DNA of 64,000 bases from Eledone cirrhosa (lineage: Eukaryota): positions 164,176,001 to 164,240,000 of the forward strand of contig OZ024743.1 of the NCBI GenBank assembly GCA_964016885.1. Reading direction: 5' to 3'. Position numbers and translations under genes: made by a program. Of this stretch, positions 19,227 to 32,770 are shown piece after piece (position 1 is the stretch's first letter; each line of letters starts with the position of its first letter). The notes beneath the pieces were generated by a model. The model made no database searches. It saw only the letters and a program-made list of their open reading frames with translations, and was not told the DNA's origin.

Positions 19227-20926
19227 TCATCATCATCATCATCATCGTTTAACGTCCATGTTCCACGCTTGCATGGGTTTGGTCGGGAGTTTTCCCACTT
19301 GAGGCAAGAGTGGTTGTCTTGCTCGCATAGGACTGTCTGGCGGGTTTTCTACAGCTGGATGCCCTTCCTAACACCAACCACATTTACAGTGTGGGGCTTG
19401 GAGGTTTTTACCGTGTTGCCTACACGGCCACATTTCAGCGTGGACTGTCTGGCGTGTTTTCTACAGCTGGATGCCCTTCCTAACACCAACCACATTTACA
19501 GTGTGGGACTGGGAGGTTTTTACCTTGTTGCATACACGGCCACATTACAGCGTGGACTGTGTGTTTTTTGTCGTGACACCTACACAATCTCATTTGTTTC
19601 GGCCTGGATGTTGTGGCACCAACATAACTTTACATTGAAAGGGGTGTATTTTGTTAGAGATGCCTACTGACTGTAGTAGGTTTTACTTTGTATTTAGGTA
19701 AGGCGGGTCTTCTCTATTACTGAGTACCGCCAAAGGTCTCGGTCCAGTGACATTGTCTTGGAGAGGTGTAAGTGTGTGAGGTCGGAATTTATCAGCTCGT
19801 CCCAGGTTTTCCTGGGTCTGCCTACTCCGTGGCTACCATCTATCTTTATTGCCCTGCACTTTGTTATACAGCTGTCGTCTTTCATGCGCATCACGTGACC
19901 ATACCAACGTAGCCTTCTCTCGAGTAAACAACATCTGATCCCTCTTATTTCTAATTTTTTCCTTAGTTCATTTATGCTTTACCGTTCACGTATATTACTA
20001 TTACACATCCAGCGGAGCATGCAAGCTTCGTTCCTCTCTAGTCTGCGTATATCCTCTGCACACAATGCCCAGGTCTCACTGCCATGCAACATTGCTGTTC
20101 GTATGCAGGCATCATACAACCTGCCTTTCATTTTTAGGGAGAACCCTTTAGCGGCTAATAGTGGTATAAGCTCTCTGAACTTTTTCCATCCAGTTCTGAC
20201 TCTAGCTACTGTACTTTCAGAGCACCCTCCCCCACTGCTGATTTTGTCACCCAGGTAACGGAAGCTGTCCACTATTTCTATAGAGCCCTCTGCGCAGTTG
20301 AAAGAGCTAGTATTTTGTGGGCACTTGCTGCTACTTATTGCACCAGAGCACCGGCCACATGTGAAATCTATGTTCTTAGTTAGCTTACCTGTGATCCCAC
20401 TACATCTTTTATGCACCCATACTTTGCATTTCTGACACAAAATGGAGTTTCTACCTACGCCTTTCCTACACACTGAGCATGGCCACTTCCCGGAAGGGAC
20501 CACCGCCTTATTTTCTTTCCTACAAACTAGAACTTTGGTCTTAGCCAGATTAATTTTAAGGCCTTTTGATTCTAGGCCGTGCTTCCATGTTTGGAATTTC
20601 TTCTCTAGCTCGGCCATTGATTCAGCTATGAGTGTTAGGTCGTCTGCGTATAGGAGTTCCCATGGGCAGCCGGTCTTGAACTCCTCTGTTATAGCCTGAA
20701 GAGCAATAATGAATAGTAGGGGGCTGAGAACAGAGCCCTGATGGACGCCAACTTTTACGCTAAACTCTTCACTATATTCGTTGTTAATTCTAACCTTGCT
20801 GACTGTTTCTTTATACATGGCTTGTATAGCTCTCGCAAGCCATTCGTCAACACCTAGTTTTCTAAGAGCCCACCAGATAATGGAACGGGGGACTCTGTCG
20901 AAGGCTTTCTCCAAGTCGACAAAAGC
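19227..20926 (-). mobile_element. RTE subfamily A copy, tail-to-tail with the C copy; duplicated 3' UTR module
   Basis: ORFs 19979-20914 and 19694-19894; (CAT)n tail on the plus strand at 19227. Confidence 0.95.
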
Positions 20927-21978
20927 ATGTATGTATATATATATGTGTGTTTATGTGTATACGTATGTATGTACATGTATTTGTGGCTGTATGTGTGTAT
21001 ATATATATATATGTGTGTATGTGTATATATATGCATATGCATGTGTATGTGTATGTATATATATATGTATGTGTATATATATATGTGTGTATGTATGTAA
21101 TATATATGGACTGTAAATATATTTACATATAGGGAAGTGAATATGTGAGTTAGCATCTCCCCTCCCCCACATACACACACACACTTCCTCTCCCAAAAGA
21201 ATATCAACAACACATTTTTGACAAATGTTCCAAAACTATCCTTTTTTTTTTCTGTTTTTACTGCCATTCCATTCTTATCAAAAGACATGTATCTTACACC
21301 TCATTAAAACCCACCACCACCACCAGACATGCACCTAAATTCATCTTTGATATAGAAATTTGTAGAAGATATTCTTTATAAATATAAGAGAGTTGATTCA
21401 GCTATAAGAAACGAATTAAAAAAAACATCCTGCCATTATATATTCATCAAAGGTCATCTATTGAAATAAAACCAGCAGGAGGGAATTTTTACAACCATTT
21501 TCTCAAACACCCTGTATCTTGATGTCTTCCTCACCATTTTCTGAGTGTATGTGTGTGTGTATGCTTTAATTTTTTCAAATCTTCATCAACACTCATTAAC
21601 ACCACACCCGCATCCCAGACACATCCAAATCTCTCTTATATATAGAGTCACACATCACAACTCAACCTGATCTCAGTTTGACAATCGCCACCAACGAATG
21701 CGAGAAAGTTCTCCAACAAAGTTAACCAGGAATCTTTAAAATTCTTCCCACCGAAGTTAACAAAGAATTTACTAGATCTACCAACTCATAATATTATAAA
21801 ATTAAATCAAATTATTTAACACTACAAGTGAAGTCATTCTTTTCCTTTTTTTCAAATATACCTAACTGTACCAAGGATCTCACACATATGTATATGTATA
21901 TATATGTATATATATATATATGAATTAAAAAATTTTTTTTAATTATCGTTTATTGTTCTACATGGCTGAATACAATAA

Positions 21979-22399
21979 ATGTAATCTGAGCTTTTCGAAT
22001 GTCAATAACAATATTCGACTCATTTGCAGTTATGCAGACAGCCTCATTTTTAAAGCCATGTCAGTAGAATGAGCCCCTCATTCTTTCTCTTGTGTTGTCA
22101 TGTAAACAGAACTGCAGACACTAATGTTTCTGGATATAACCCTTCATCAGTGCAGTTCACTCTTCACCTGCCAATTGTCAGTAGTAGTGAAAATATATGA
22201 TATTTTCTAAAATATACAGTGACTGATTGGCTTGCTTTGCATATTAGCAGACAGGCTGATCAGTCAGATCTGCATATTAGCAGATCCACTGATCAGCTGG
22301 ATTTGCATATCAGCTGACATGGCTGTAAAAATGAGGCTGTTTGCATAATTGCGAACGAGTCGAATATTCTTATTGATATTCGAAAAGCTCAGATTACAT
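21979..22399 (-). mobile_element. Non-coding hammerhead-bearing unit with 86-bp terminal inverted repeats (probably Penelope-derived)
   Basis: 21979-22064 pairs with 22314-22399; internal hammerhead; internal GCATAT(T/C)AGC repeats. Confidence 0.75.
22109..22158 (-). ncRNA. Minimal type I hammerhead ribozyme
   Basis: Minus strand: GAACTGCA / CTGATGA / a-GGG-ttata-TCC-a / GAAA / CATTAGTG / TC / TGCAGTTC; GUC triplet. Confidence 0.88.
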
Positions 22400-22430
22400 A
22401 TATATATATTTATATATGTATATATATATA

Positions 22431-23618
22431 TCTATAAAAGGCAGATTGTTGTTGTTGAGTGTGTGTGTGTGCATGTTCCATGTTTATACATTTACACGAT
22501 CTCAAACTGATTTGACTCAAAGTATGTAAGAATGTTGTAAATGGTCTAACTTAGGTCAACGACTATTTATTTCATTCACACTCACCCACAATTACGGAAA
22601 TAATCGATAAAACTAAATACATGACGCTTTACCCCTCTATCTACTCCCCTTAAACTTTAAGAGAGAGAGAGAAGGAACGTTTGTTTTTGAGTGGAACAGT
22701 CAAACATTTATTTACTTCAATGACAAAGAGAACTTATTACATTTCATACGAAACAACAATTATTCAAAAGCAACAGGTAAATTTATTCAACAACAACAAA
22801 AATAGCGATAAATCTTTTTTAACACATCTATCAATGAACGTGGAAGAAAGAAGTATCAGTTCATTTATATACACAATAATATCCTCTATGAGGTCACTAA
22901 ACCTGCTAGAAACAGCAGCTAACTCCCCCATATCACACCACTCCCTACTGTCTTAAATTTAGAAAACATATCCTCTATGAGGTCACTAAACCTGCTAGAA
23001 ACAGCAGCTAACTCTCCCCCACATTCAAAAGCAACATAAATTTATTCAACAACAAAAAAAGTAGCGATAAATCTTTTTTAAAACATCTATCAACGAACGT
23101 GGAAGAAAGAAGTATCAGTTCATTTGCTATACGCAATAATATCCTCTATGTGGTCACTAAAGCTGCTAGAAACAGCAACTAACTCTCCTCCATATCACAC
23201 TACTCTCTACTGTCTTAAATTTAGAAAACATATCCTCTATGAGGTCACTAAACCTGCTAGAAACAGCAGCTACCTCTCCCCCCATATCACACCCCTCCCT
23301 ACTGTCTTAAATTTATAAAACACATTAGACAACCATGCAGAACAACTCCATCACAACTCTGTTGTTCGGCTGGCATCGTCTACGCGCGTGTTGCGCAAGT
23401 AGTGTGAAACAATAAATTTCAACACTTCTTTGCACAGAGATAATATCCATAGGCGAAACTACAATTGTCACTGCTGGCGCAGCTCCTGCTTCAGCAGTCC
23501 AGGTCTTCAATTCATTCACCCAGTGCCTGGCAGACAAAGAAGTGCTGCCATAAAATGGGTGGTGCAACCTAACTTTAGTAACTTACTGACCCCGAACAAT
23601 GCCGGGCTTTAATGCTAC
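22431..23618 (+). mobile_element. Non-autonomous Helitron-like element with internal tandem duplications
   Basis: 5' TCTATAAAA followed by a GT-rich leader; 3' hairpin CCCGaacaatgcCGGG then CTAC (decayed CTAG), resembling 62113-63367; four copies of an ggtcactaaa(c/g)ctgctagaaacagca unit. Confidence 0.65.
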
Positions 23619-23654
23619 TATATATATATTTATATGTATATATCTATATGTATG

Positions 23655-23710
<56 letters not shown>

Positions 23711-24028
23711 TATATATATGTGTGTGTGTATATATATATATGTGTGTGTATATATATATGTGTATATATATATGTGTATATATATATGTGTGTATATATA
23801 TATATATGTATATATATATGTATATTAATATATATATATATGTATATATATAGATTAATATATATATATATATATATATTAATATATATATATATATATT
23901 AATATATATATATATATATTAATATATATATATAGATTAATATATATATATAGATTAATATATATATATATATATATTAATATATATATATATATATATA
24001 TATCTATATATATATATATATATATACA

Positions 24029-24069
<41 letters not shown>

Positions 24070-24262
24070 GCATATATATATATACATATGTATACATATG
24101 AATATATATATATACATATGTATACATATGCATATATATATATATACATATGCATATATATATATACATATGTATACATATGCATATATATATACACATA
24201 TATATACATATGTATACATATATATATATATACATATACATACATATATATATATATACATA

Positions 24263-24299
<37 letters not shown>

Positions 24300-24366
24300 G
24301 CATATATATATATACATATATATATATACATATGTATACATATAAATATATATATATACACACATA

Positions 24367-24420
<54 letters not shown>

Positions 24421-24423
24421 TAT
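23619..24423. repeat. (TA)n array whose variant polarity switches from TATG/TGTG to TACA/TGCA
   Basis: Directly visible. Confidence 0.95.
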
Positions 24424-25638
24424 AAAGTTCTAGTTTGTAGGAGGAAGGAAAATAGGGCACCAGTCCCATCTGGGAAATGGCCATAGTGAGTGTGTAGAAA
24501 AGGAGTAGGCAGAAACTCCATTTTATGTCCCAAATGCAATGTATGGGTGCATAAAAGATGTAGTGGGAACACAGGTAAGCTAACTAAGAATATAGATTTT
24601 ATATGTGGCCGGTGCTCTGGTGCAATAAGTAGCAGCAAGTGCCCACAGAATACTAGCTCATTCCATTGCACAGATGGTTCTATAGAAATAGTGGACACCT
24701 TCCGTTACGTGGGTGACAAAATCAGCAGTGGTGGAGGGTGTTCTGAAAGTACAGTAGCTAGAGTCAGAACTGGATGGAAAAGGTTCAGAGAGCTTATACC
24801 ACTATTGGCCGCTAAAGGGTTCTCACTAAAAATGAAAGGCAGGCTGTATGATGCCTGCATACGAACAGCAATGTTACATGGCAGTGAGACATGGGCATTG
24901 TGTGCAGAGGATATACGCAGACTAGAGAGGAACGAAGCTTGCATGCTCTGCTGGATGTGTAATAGTAATATACGTGAACGGTAAAGCATAAATGAACTAA
25001 GGAAAAAATTAGAAATAAGAGGGATCAGATGTTGTTTACTCGAGAGAAGACTACGTTGGTACGGTCACGTGATGCGCATAAAAGACGACAGCTGTATAAA
25101 AAAGTGCAGGGCAATAAAGATAGACGGTAGCCACGGAGTAGGCAGACCCAGAAAAACCTGGTACAACTTGATAAATTCCGACCTCACCCACTTACACCTC
25201 TCCAAGACAATGTCACTGGACCAAGATCTTTGGCGCTACGCAGTAATACAGAAGACCCGCGTTGCCTAAGTACAAAGCGAAACCTACAGTCAGTAGGCAC
25301 CTCTAACAAAAATACACCCCGGCTCCACTACCCCCACCCCATCCACACCACCCCTTCCAATGTAAAGTTATGTTGGTACCACAACATCCAGCCCGAAACA
25401 AATGAGGTCGTGTAGGTGTCACGACAAAAAAAACACAGTCCACGCTGTAATGTGGCCATGTAGGTAACACGGTAAAAACCTCCCAGTTCACACTGTATAG
25501 GTGGTTGGTGTTAGGAAGGGCATCCAGCTGTAGAAAACCCGCCAGACAGTCCTATACGAGCAGGACAACCAATCTTGGATCAAGTGGGAAAACTCCCGTC
25601 CAAACCCATGCAAAATGGACGTTAAACGATGATGATGA

Positions 25639-25642
<4 letters not shown>
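24424..25642 (+). mobile_element. RTE subfamily A 3' portion with stop codons
   Basis: ORFs 24490-24984 and 25069-25269; A-type UTR and (GAT)n tail. Confidence 0.95.
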
Positions 25643-25716
<74 letters not shown>

Positions 25717-25794
25717 GTATAAATGTATGTATATATATATATACATATGTATAAATGTATATATATATATACATACATATGTATAAATGTATAT

Positions 25795-25827
<33 letters not shown>

Positions 25828-25888
25828 CATATGTATATGTATATATATATATATATACATATGTATATGTATATATATATATATATAC

Positions 25889-25966
<78 letters not shown>

Positions 25967-26030
25967 GTATATATATACATATGTATATATATACATATAC
26001 ATATGTATATATATATACATATGTATATAT

Positions 26031-26207
26031 CTAAGGCAGGTAAAATTCCCGAGATCCATGGACGAGTTCTCTCCAGCGGTCTCTGTCCCTCATTATCGCT
26101 GCCATATCCTGCATCTCCAACAGACCAGTGTCTGTCCTTAGGGCATCAACATATGTTAACCTTGGTCTTCCCCTTCTAGTGTGTCCATGTAGGGGCTCCC
26201 AAAGGAG

Positions 26208-26208
<1 letters not shown>
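26031..26208 (-). mobile_element. Short 3' fragment of a different RTE-like LINE
   Basis: Minus strand reads [28 protein letters not shown], resembling an RTE C-terminal GRP motif. Confidence 0.65.
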
Positions 26209-26255
<47 letters not shown>

Positions 26256-26305
26256 AAATATAAAACAATCAAATTTTAGTTTAATACACTCAATTGGTGA
26301 TGATT

Positions 26306-26341
26306 GTTTCTTCCAGACAGCTGTCTGGAATCATCGGAGCA
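26306..26341 (-). ncRNA. Partial hammerhead with CCGATGA core (stem III and 3' stem I lost)
   Basis: Minus strand: TGCT-CCGATGA-TTCCAGAC-agct-GTCTGGAA-GAAAC; same TGCT-CCGA start as 16145. Confidence 0.55.
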
Positions 26342-27299
26342 TACACAGTGTTTAAACAAGTAATTATAATCTTAGTCTTCGGAACATTCAGAAAGATACT
26401 TTACTATTGACAATGTCAGTAACATCATATTGTAAAGCAAGAGTGACAAACAGATATTATGTTATTCAAATATCAAAGTATTAGGAGCTGTTGTGAAGAG
26501 TGAAAATATTGAGCATATTATATAGAAAGTTATTCATAAAAATAAATAATATACAAATTTTGTAACCTTTGCCTCCTTGAGTATTGCACTATTATTTATT
26601 CAAATCTCAACCTACTAAATAGAAAATCAGAAATTTTCTCCACATGTCCACATTACCACAGATATTCTTTCTACTATTTCAAATCAAATAGCTAATCTAT
26701 AACAATGTCAGATCTATTGCTATATTACAACTACCTTTAAGTTTAATTCATTTGTTTTTTGTAATTATATAATTAACCCCCATAAACTTTAATAAACCCT
26801 ACCACCCTATATTCTATCTGATACCCTTTTCTGATACTTAATTATCATAATATCACCATAACATATTAATAAACTCCTTCCTATATCTCATATGTAATAC
26901 AAATCATACTTTTCTTAATAAACAAATAAATAAACAATTTAGGCACCCTACTATGCTCTCCATCCTTACTACTAAAGTAATATATAACACTAATTAAATA
27001 GCTGACAACAGTGCCCAGGCACAAATTACTCCATTATATATTGCCATATATTTTATAAATCCATATCTAGTTATTAATAATTTAACTCGCTTTACACAAT
27101 CTGAATAAATAAGAATAACAAATAACTTTTATATATAATTGATAAATAATCAATAATAATTTATAATTTATAAATATTAATTTATAACACCATTTAATGA
27201 ACGATAATGTTTAATAGATAAAAAATAATTTAGAATAATAAAACAATCCCCCTCTATATCAATAAATATTAATAGATTATAATTCTTTGGAAAAGTTTT

Positions 27300-27723
27300 T
27301 AAGAATTATAATAATTGTTTCTACTTTTGGCACAAGGCCAGCAATTACCCAGTACATTACTGGTACTTTATTTTATCGACCCCGTAAGGATGAAAGTCAA
27401 AGTTAACCTCAGCGGAATTTGAACTCAGAATGGCAAGAGCCGTAACTCTATGCGTCAAAGCATGGCGTCCGACCCTCTACCGATACTGCCAATCCACCAC
27501 CCTATAAGAATTATAATAATTGTTTCTACGTTTGGCACAAGGCCAGCAATTACCCAGTACATTACTAGTACTTTATTTTATCAACCCCGTAAGGATGAAA
27601 GTCAAAGTTAACCTCAGCGGGATTTGAACTCAGAATGGCAAAGGCCGTAACTCTCTGCGTCAAAGCATTGCGTCCGACCCTCTACCGATACTGCCAATCC
27701 ACCACCTTAAGAATTATAATAAT
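27300..27723 (-). mobile_element. Tandem dimer of tRNA-derived SINEs with a Nin-like central domain
   Basis: Each unit has a B-box-like GAGTTCAAAT and ctttcatccttacgggg(t)cgataaaataaagtac on the minus strand; taagaattataataat occurs at 27300, 27505 and 27708. Confidence 0.85.
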
Positions 27724-28314
27724 AAAAAATATTTTATATTAATAAAATTAATAAATAAATATATAATAAACAAGTATATTAATTGATTAACCGATTAATT
27801 CTAAATAGATCTTGATAGCATAAGATCATCATTAATGGATAGGGCTATTATTAACTAATAAATGGTTTGAATAACAAATATTGGTTTCTTTTTATGCTGT
27901 AAATCTGTAATACTTCCTTAATTACCTCCCTTTTTTTATTAACTCCCCTTATGAATATCTTTTTCCTTATTTTTAAATTCATACAGTTACAACCATTTAA
28001 CAACATTTTTACCTTTAGACTTTGTGAAATAATTCTTAATAGAACACACACAGACAAGAACGTGAAATATTCCTTAATAGAGAATCTAAAGAGTGGAATG
28101 CATTATATAATATCTTTCTTGTACATGGCAACAAAAACAATGGAATTAATGTATACTTCACACATATTTTTAAACTATACATATTTCACATACATTACAA
28201 CTAGAATTAAAAACATTCCAAGTATCGAACCTTTGCTTTACACCCAGCATAAACATTTCTACATAGTATAAAAATTTCTGAATGACACTAACCTATCTTA
28301 TTTACTTATATTAT

Positions 28315-28441
28315 TTGCATTTTGAGTTCAAATCTCGCCGAGGTTAACTTTGCCTTTCATCCTTACGGGGTCGATAAAATAAAGTACCAGTAATGTAGTG
28401 GGTAATTGCTGGCCTTGTGCCAAAAAGTAGAAACAATTATT
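28315..28441 (+). mobile_element. Same SINE family, 5'-truncated
   Basis: gagttcaaatctcgccgaggttaactttgcctttcatccttacggggtcgataaaataaagtaccag...ggccttgtgccaaaaagtagaaac. Confidence 0.85.
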
Positions 28442-28689
28442 TGCATTTTGCATTACACAACATTTATTCATCTTATCATTACGTATTTCTTTACCATGCC
28501 ATTTTTAACATTCTTTAACATTCTGTATGAAATAAGCTTGATATATTCATTTTCTGACTTATACCTCATGCATGCCTTTATATACCCTTACTATTACATT
28601 TTTCAATGCTATGATATCATTTATCTATCTTCTGTAACACTTTTTTGCACCTGAATTACCTTAATGAATAACTTTCTATATAATATACT

Positions 28690-29060
28690 TGAAGGTCAAC
28701 CTCCATATGCATCTCATGTTCATACCATTGCAATCACCTCTCCTGCATACTGCTTCCGATCCCTCTGGTACCCAAATTTTCTCTTATCTTGCTGATGTTT
28801 TCTCCTTCATGCATGTTGCTAATACATATCCACCAAAGCATGCTCACTTCATTTCTGTCCAATTCTCATAGGTCCTCCACACCCAAAGCCCAAATCTCAC
28901 TTATATGCAGCATTACCATTCACACATAAACATCATACAATATATTTTTCACTTTTAGGGAGAGACACTTTGTAGTAGCCAGAAATAGCAGGAGGAGGAG
29001 GTCGTCTCTGAACTTTTTCCATTAATACTCTAATACATGGATACTATTACTGACCATCAG
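28690..29060 (-). mobile_element. Old degraded RTE RT fragment
   Basis: Diverged similarity to the RTE-B 3' ORF region (aactttttcca, catcatacaa, catgctcacttcatttct). Confidence 0.55.
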
Positions 29061-29129
29061 TTTTTTGTTGACAAGACACTGCATGAAATTACATTATCTA
29101 CGGATTCTGGTATTATAAAGCTTAGGCTT

Positions 29130-29460
29130 CTTGGACAATAGTTTATTGTCTCCATCATCCCCACTCTCTTTACTATCAACAATGTGAACTTCATCCACTA
29201 TTTCTTCTGTTAACACTTGGTATCTATAACCACCCTCTGTGTCTTTTAGCCAGGTTTTGACATCAGCACTGTGACATCTGCTTTGCCTGCCCTCTAAAAT
29301 GTATGTTGAAAATTCCTTGTCACAAATCCTTCAAAATTGTAATCTGCCTCCACATCATACAGAAGTTTCTTCCAAACATTCAATGCCTTCTGTTTGTTGA
29401 ACCTCCATCAGTTCCAATGACAACTGTTCCAATTGTTTGAACAATGGAACAATCTGTACC
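29130..29460 (-). pseudogene. Tigger/pogo-like transposase C-terminal fossil
   Basis: Minus strand gives NVWKKLLYDVEADYNFEGF and DVKTWLKDTEGGYRYQVLTEEIVDEV, typical of Tigger/Jerky C-termini. Confidence 0.55.
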
Positions 29461-30266
29461 AGTAACATAATTTTCAGGGGATTCAGAATGTTGCAGTGTG
29501 TGATAAGGCTGGTACTTTGAGTTACAGGTAACATTTTTTCCAGCTAAGTGGACTGAAGTAAAAGGCAAATGAAGTGTCTCCCGCAAGGATATAATGCATT
29601 GTTTAGTATTGTGTTAATAGAAACTTCCTCCATGCCAGGTCCATGCAAAGTTTGAAATTTCAATCATGGCTCCTGCAACCTCTCTCAAGTGTGAGCTTAT
29701 TTGTCTGTTCTAAGAATAGAAGCTTCTCAAATCTCACCTACTTTTTCACTTCTAATAAAGCTTTTTTATCTTTTCCAGTTTTTTTTAAAAATTAAAGAAA
29801 ATCCTCCGCTCCTCTTTTTTTCTTGTCCCACCCTCTTTCAATTAACTAGTTTTGCCTTGTCACCATTAAGTATCATTATTAGTGTTGGCTTACAATTTGT
29901 TAAGTGGCCCTCCTAAAGCATGTCTTTGCCACCACTTCAGGTTATATATGTTGTGACCTTAAACATACTTAAGTGTGATAACATTATTCATTGTTTGTTG
30001 TTGCTACTTCTTCTCTGACTTCCTCTTTCATCTTGGTAAGGAAGGAAATCAGAGAGAGAGAGGGACGGAAACTGTGAGACATTGAGAGAAAGTGGAACAG
30101 AAAGAGTGAAACATAGAGAGAAAGTTGGACAAGGAGAGAGGCTGTAAGCAATAAAGAGAAAGTGGGACAAAAGAAGAGACAGAGCAAGATTGATTGGGAT
30201 GTAATTAAATGCTTCCTTTAGCTTCATACTTCAAAGCTTTAATACATAAATTTTCTTGGCGATTTT

Positions 30267-30297
<31 letters not shown>

Positions 30298-30747
30298 AAT
30301 CTTGTGCGTGCGTATGTGTGTGTGTTCAGCTCATTAGAGGAATTATTTTCTTTTGAACCCCCTTCCCACCCACCCCTATCATAGTTTTATATTTTCTAAA
30401 ACTCAAAGGCAAAAGATGAGGTCATATTGTCAGATGGTGCTGTTGTTCTTGGTAATATTGGTGATGATGGTGATAGCTGTTTTAGTGGTGGTGGTGGTGG
30501 CGACAGCAGTAATGATGATATGGTAGTAAAGGTGAGAAGGGTGGTGGGGTGGTTCTATGATGAGGGCGATAGGATAATGATAATAGTGGTTCTCTGTTTT
30601 TATGCCAATGTCAAATCATTTGGCACAGTTTAGCAATGGAGAGTGGAGAAACCAATATCAAAAAGTTCATCAATTGTTCAGGTATGAATATGTGTGTATG
30701 TGGAAACGCACCTACACATGTTCTTTTATATATATATATATATATCT

Positions 30748-30800
30748 GTTAGAACACGAAAAGTGTGAAACAACAGAATGTTCACTTTTCGTGTTCTAAC
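30748..30800. repeat. Perfect 18-bp inverted repeat hairpin
   Basis: GTTAGAACACGAAAAGTG / CACTTTTCGTGTTCTAAC with a 17-nt spacer. Confidence 0.9.
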
Positions 30801-31500
30801 ATATATGCCTAGCTTTTATAAAAATTTTTCGGGGATAGCCGTGGTGGTGGTGATCGTATGTCATTGGCTAATTTTCAACCAATCAGAGTACCTCTCTCTA
30901 TATCTCTTCCACTGTTATTTACGCCTGTTTCTCTCTATCTGTTCCGTCTCTATATATATCTCTTACTCTTTCGCTTTGCACTCCTCCCCTTCAATACCAT
31001 CTCTCCCCCTCTCTATATATTTGTTACTCTATCGCTGCACGCTCCTCTCCTTCAATATATCAATTACACACGCTTTACACTCCTTTATCCCCAGCGCCCC
31101 TATATATACAACGCCCCTCTCCCGCATCTATATTTTAATGTACCGTTGCACCGTGAATATATGTGTCTATATATATATACATATATATTGTATATACACA
31201 TTCATGTATGTGTATACACACTCATGTATGTATATACACTGGTTTTATGTGTGTATTGTAAATTTGTACTGTTAAAACACGAAACTAACATTCGATTGAC
31301 ACTTTGATTACCTGTACAGGCAATAGTTATTAGAATGCTGTTGAAGTGTGTATATATTTTTGGGGGACATCCTGTATATACACACATTATATATAATACA
31401 ATAAACAGATAAATACACACATATATATATGAGCTTATTTAATTATAAATATTGTGAATTTTTAACTCAGTTCAATTATATATATAAATGGCTTCTACAG

Positions 31501-31534
31501 GACTAGAACTGTTTCATTCGAAAGAAATCATCAT
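31501..31534 (-). ncRNA. Decayed hammerhead core
   Basis: Minus strand: aTGATGA-t-TTC-tttc-GAA-t-GAAA-CAGTTC-TA; no 5' stem I strand. Confidence 0.35.
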
Positions 31535-32158
31535 AATATTGAGAGGGGGGACTAGATAAAATATTTCAAATCAAATGTGTATAAGTTATAAGTTAAAATG
31601 TATAAATAGAGACGATAGTGGAGGTATATCTGTTTAGTGGAACAGTAGACGATAGAATTAAATACAGACGATAATCTCCCTTTAATGAAACAGCAGACGA
31701 TAGAATTAAGGCAATTTAAATTTTAAGCATTTGCATTTTTGCCTTTCATCGTTACGGGGTCGATAAAATAAAGTACCAGTAATACACTGTCACTAGACGA
31801 CTTTCAAATTGAATTGTTGGTTCCATTTCTTTAGTATTTTCAATTGTAGTTATCTACTTAAAAAGCGTTACACGGTTAGAGACATAATTCGTAAGTTATA
31901 TCTTCCCTATTAAACCATTGCATTATTTCGCCTACAATAGAACAAAAATGAAATGTTCTTTAAAGAAACAGGAATATAACTTTATAAAAAAAAAAGTTGC
32001 GTCCGCTTCTTTTATCATTGATAATTTTTTCGTTTTAATATTAATTGTTTTTTGTAGTTGTTTATATTAAAAATCTTACTGTAATATTTACTTAAACGAA
32101 GGCAAACATCTAAACTTATAGATTAATCTTGAGCGAAGGACTAGATAAATCTCTCTCC

Positions 32159-32210
<52 letters not shown>

Positions 32211-32599
32211 GAAGAATGATAAAATTTCAAGCAAAGAGTTTAATTAGGTATATTTTGTAATATTATTAACTAATTATTATAATTAACGCGCATATTTTGC
32301 TATCCTCAAACACGTTTTACACATGGCATGAAATATAACTAATCCGAGATGGCTAGGTTTCATCTTCTAACTGGATATACGAAATCCATTATGTCTTGAC
32401 AACAACATGAGGTAACATTATGTTATTCACAGACACACTTTGTACACTGTTCCATATCAGAATGTATTTCCTTCGTCACATTCACAAACAGTATTGAAAA
32501 TATGTTCTTCGGCAAATAAAAATGTTTTGTTCATAATATTTCAACTAGCGATTGCTCTACTCCACGCACGACCACCATAAATTAATGACCAGCTCAACA

Positions 32600-32770
32600 C
32601 AAGTATTGGTAGAGCGTCAGACACCATGCTTTGCAGTATTGTTATGGTCCTTTGCATTCTAAGTTCAAATCCTGCCGAGGTTAACTTCGACTTTCATACT
32701 TACTAATTCGATAAAATAAAGTACCAGTAATGGACTGCCGTAATGGATTTGTGCCGAAAAATAGAAACAC
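32600..32770 (+). mobile_element. Diverged Nin-like SINE copy
   Basis: aagttcaaatcctgccgaggttaacttcgactttcat...cgataaaataaagtaccag. Confidence 0.75.

Noticed and set aside
22880-23320. Regularly repeated units resembling a CRISPR array
   Set aside because: The spacers are themselves duplicated, the context is eukaryotic, and there are no cas genes.
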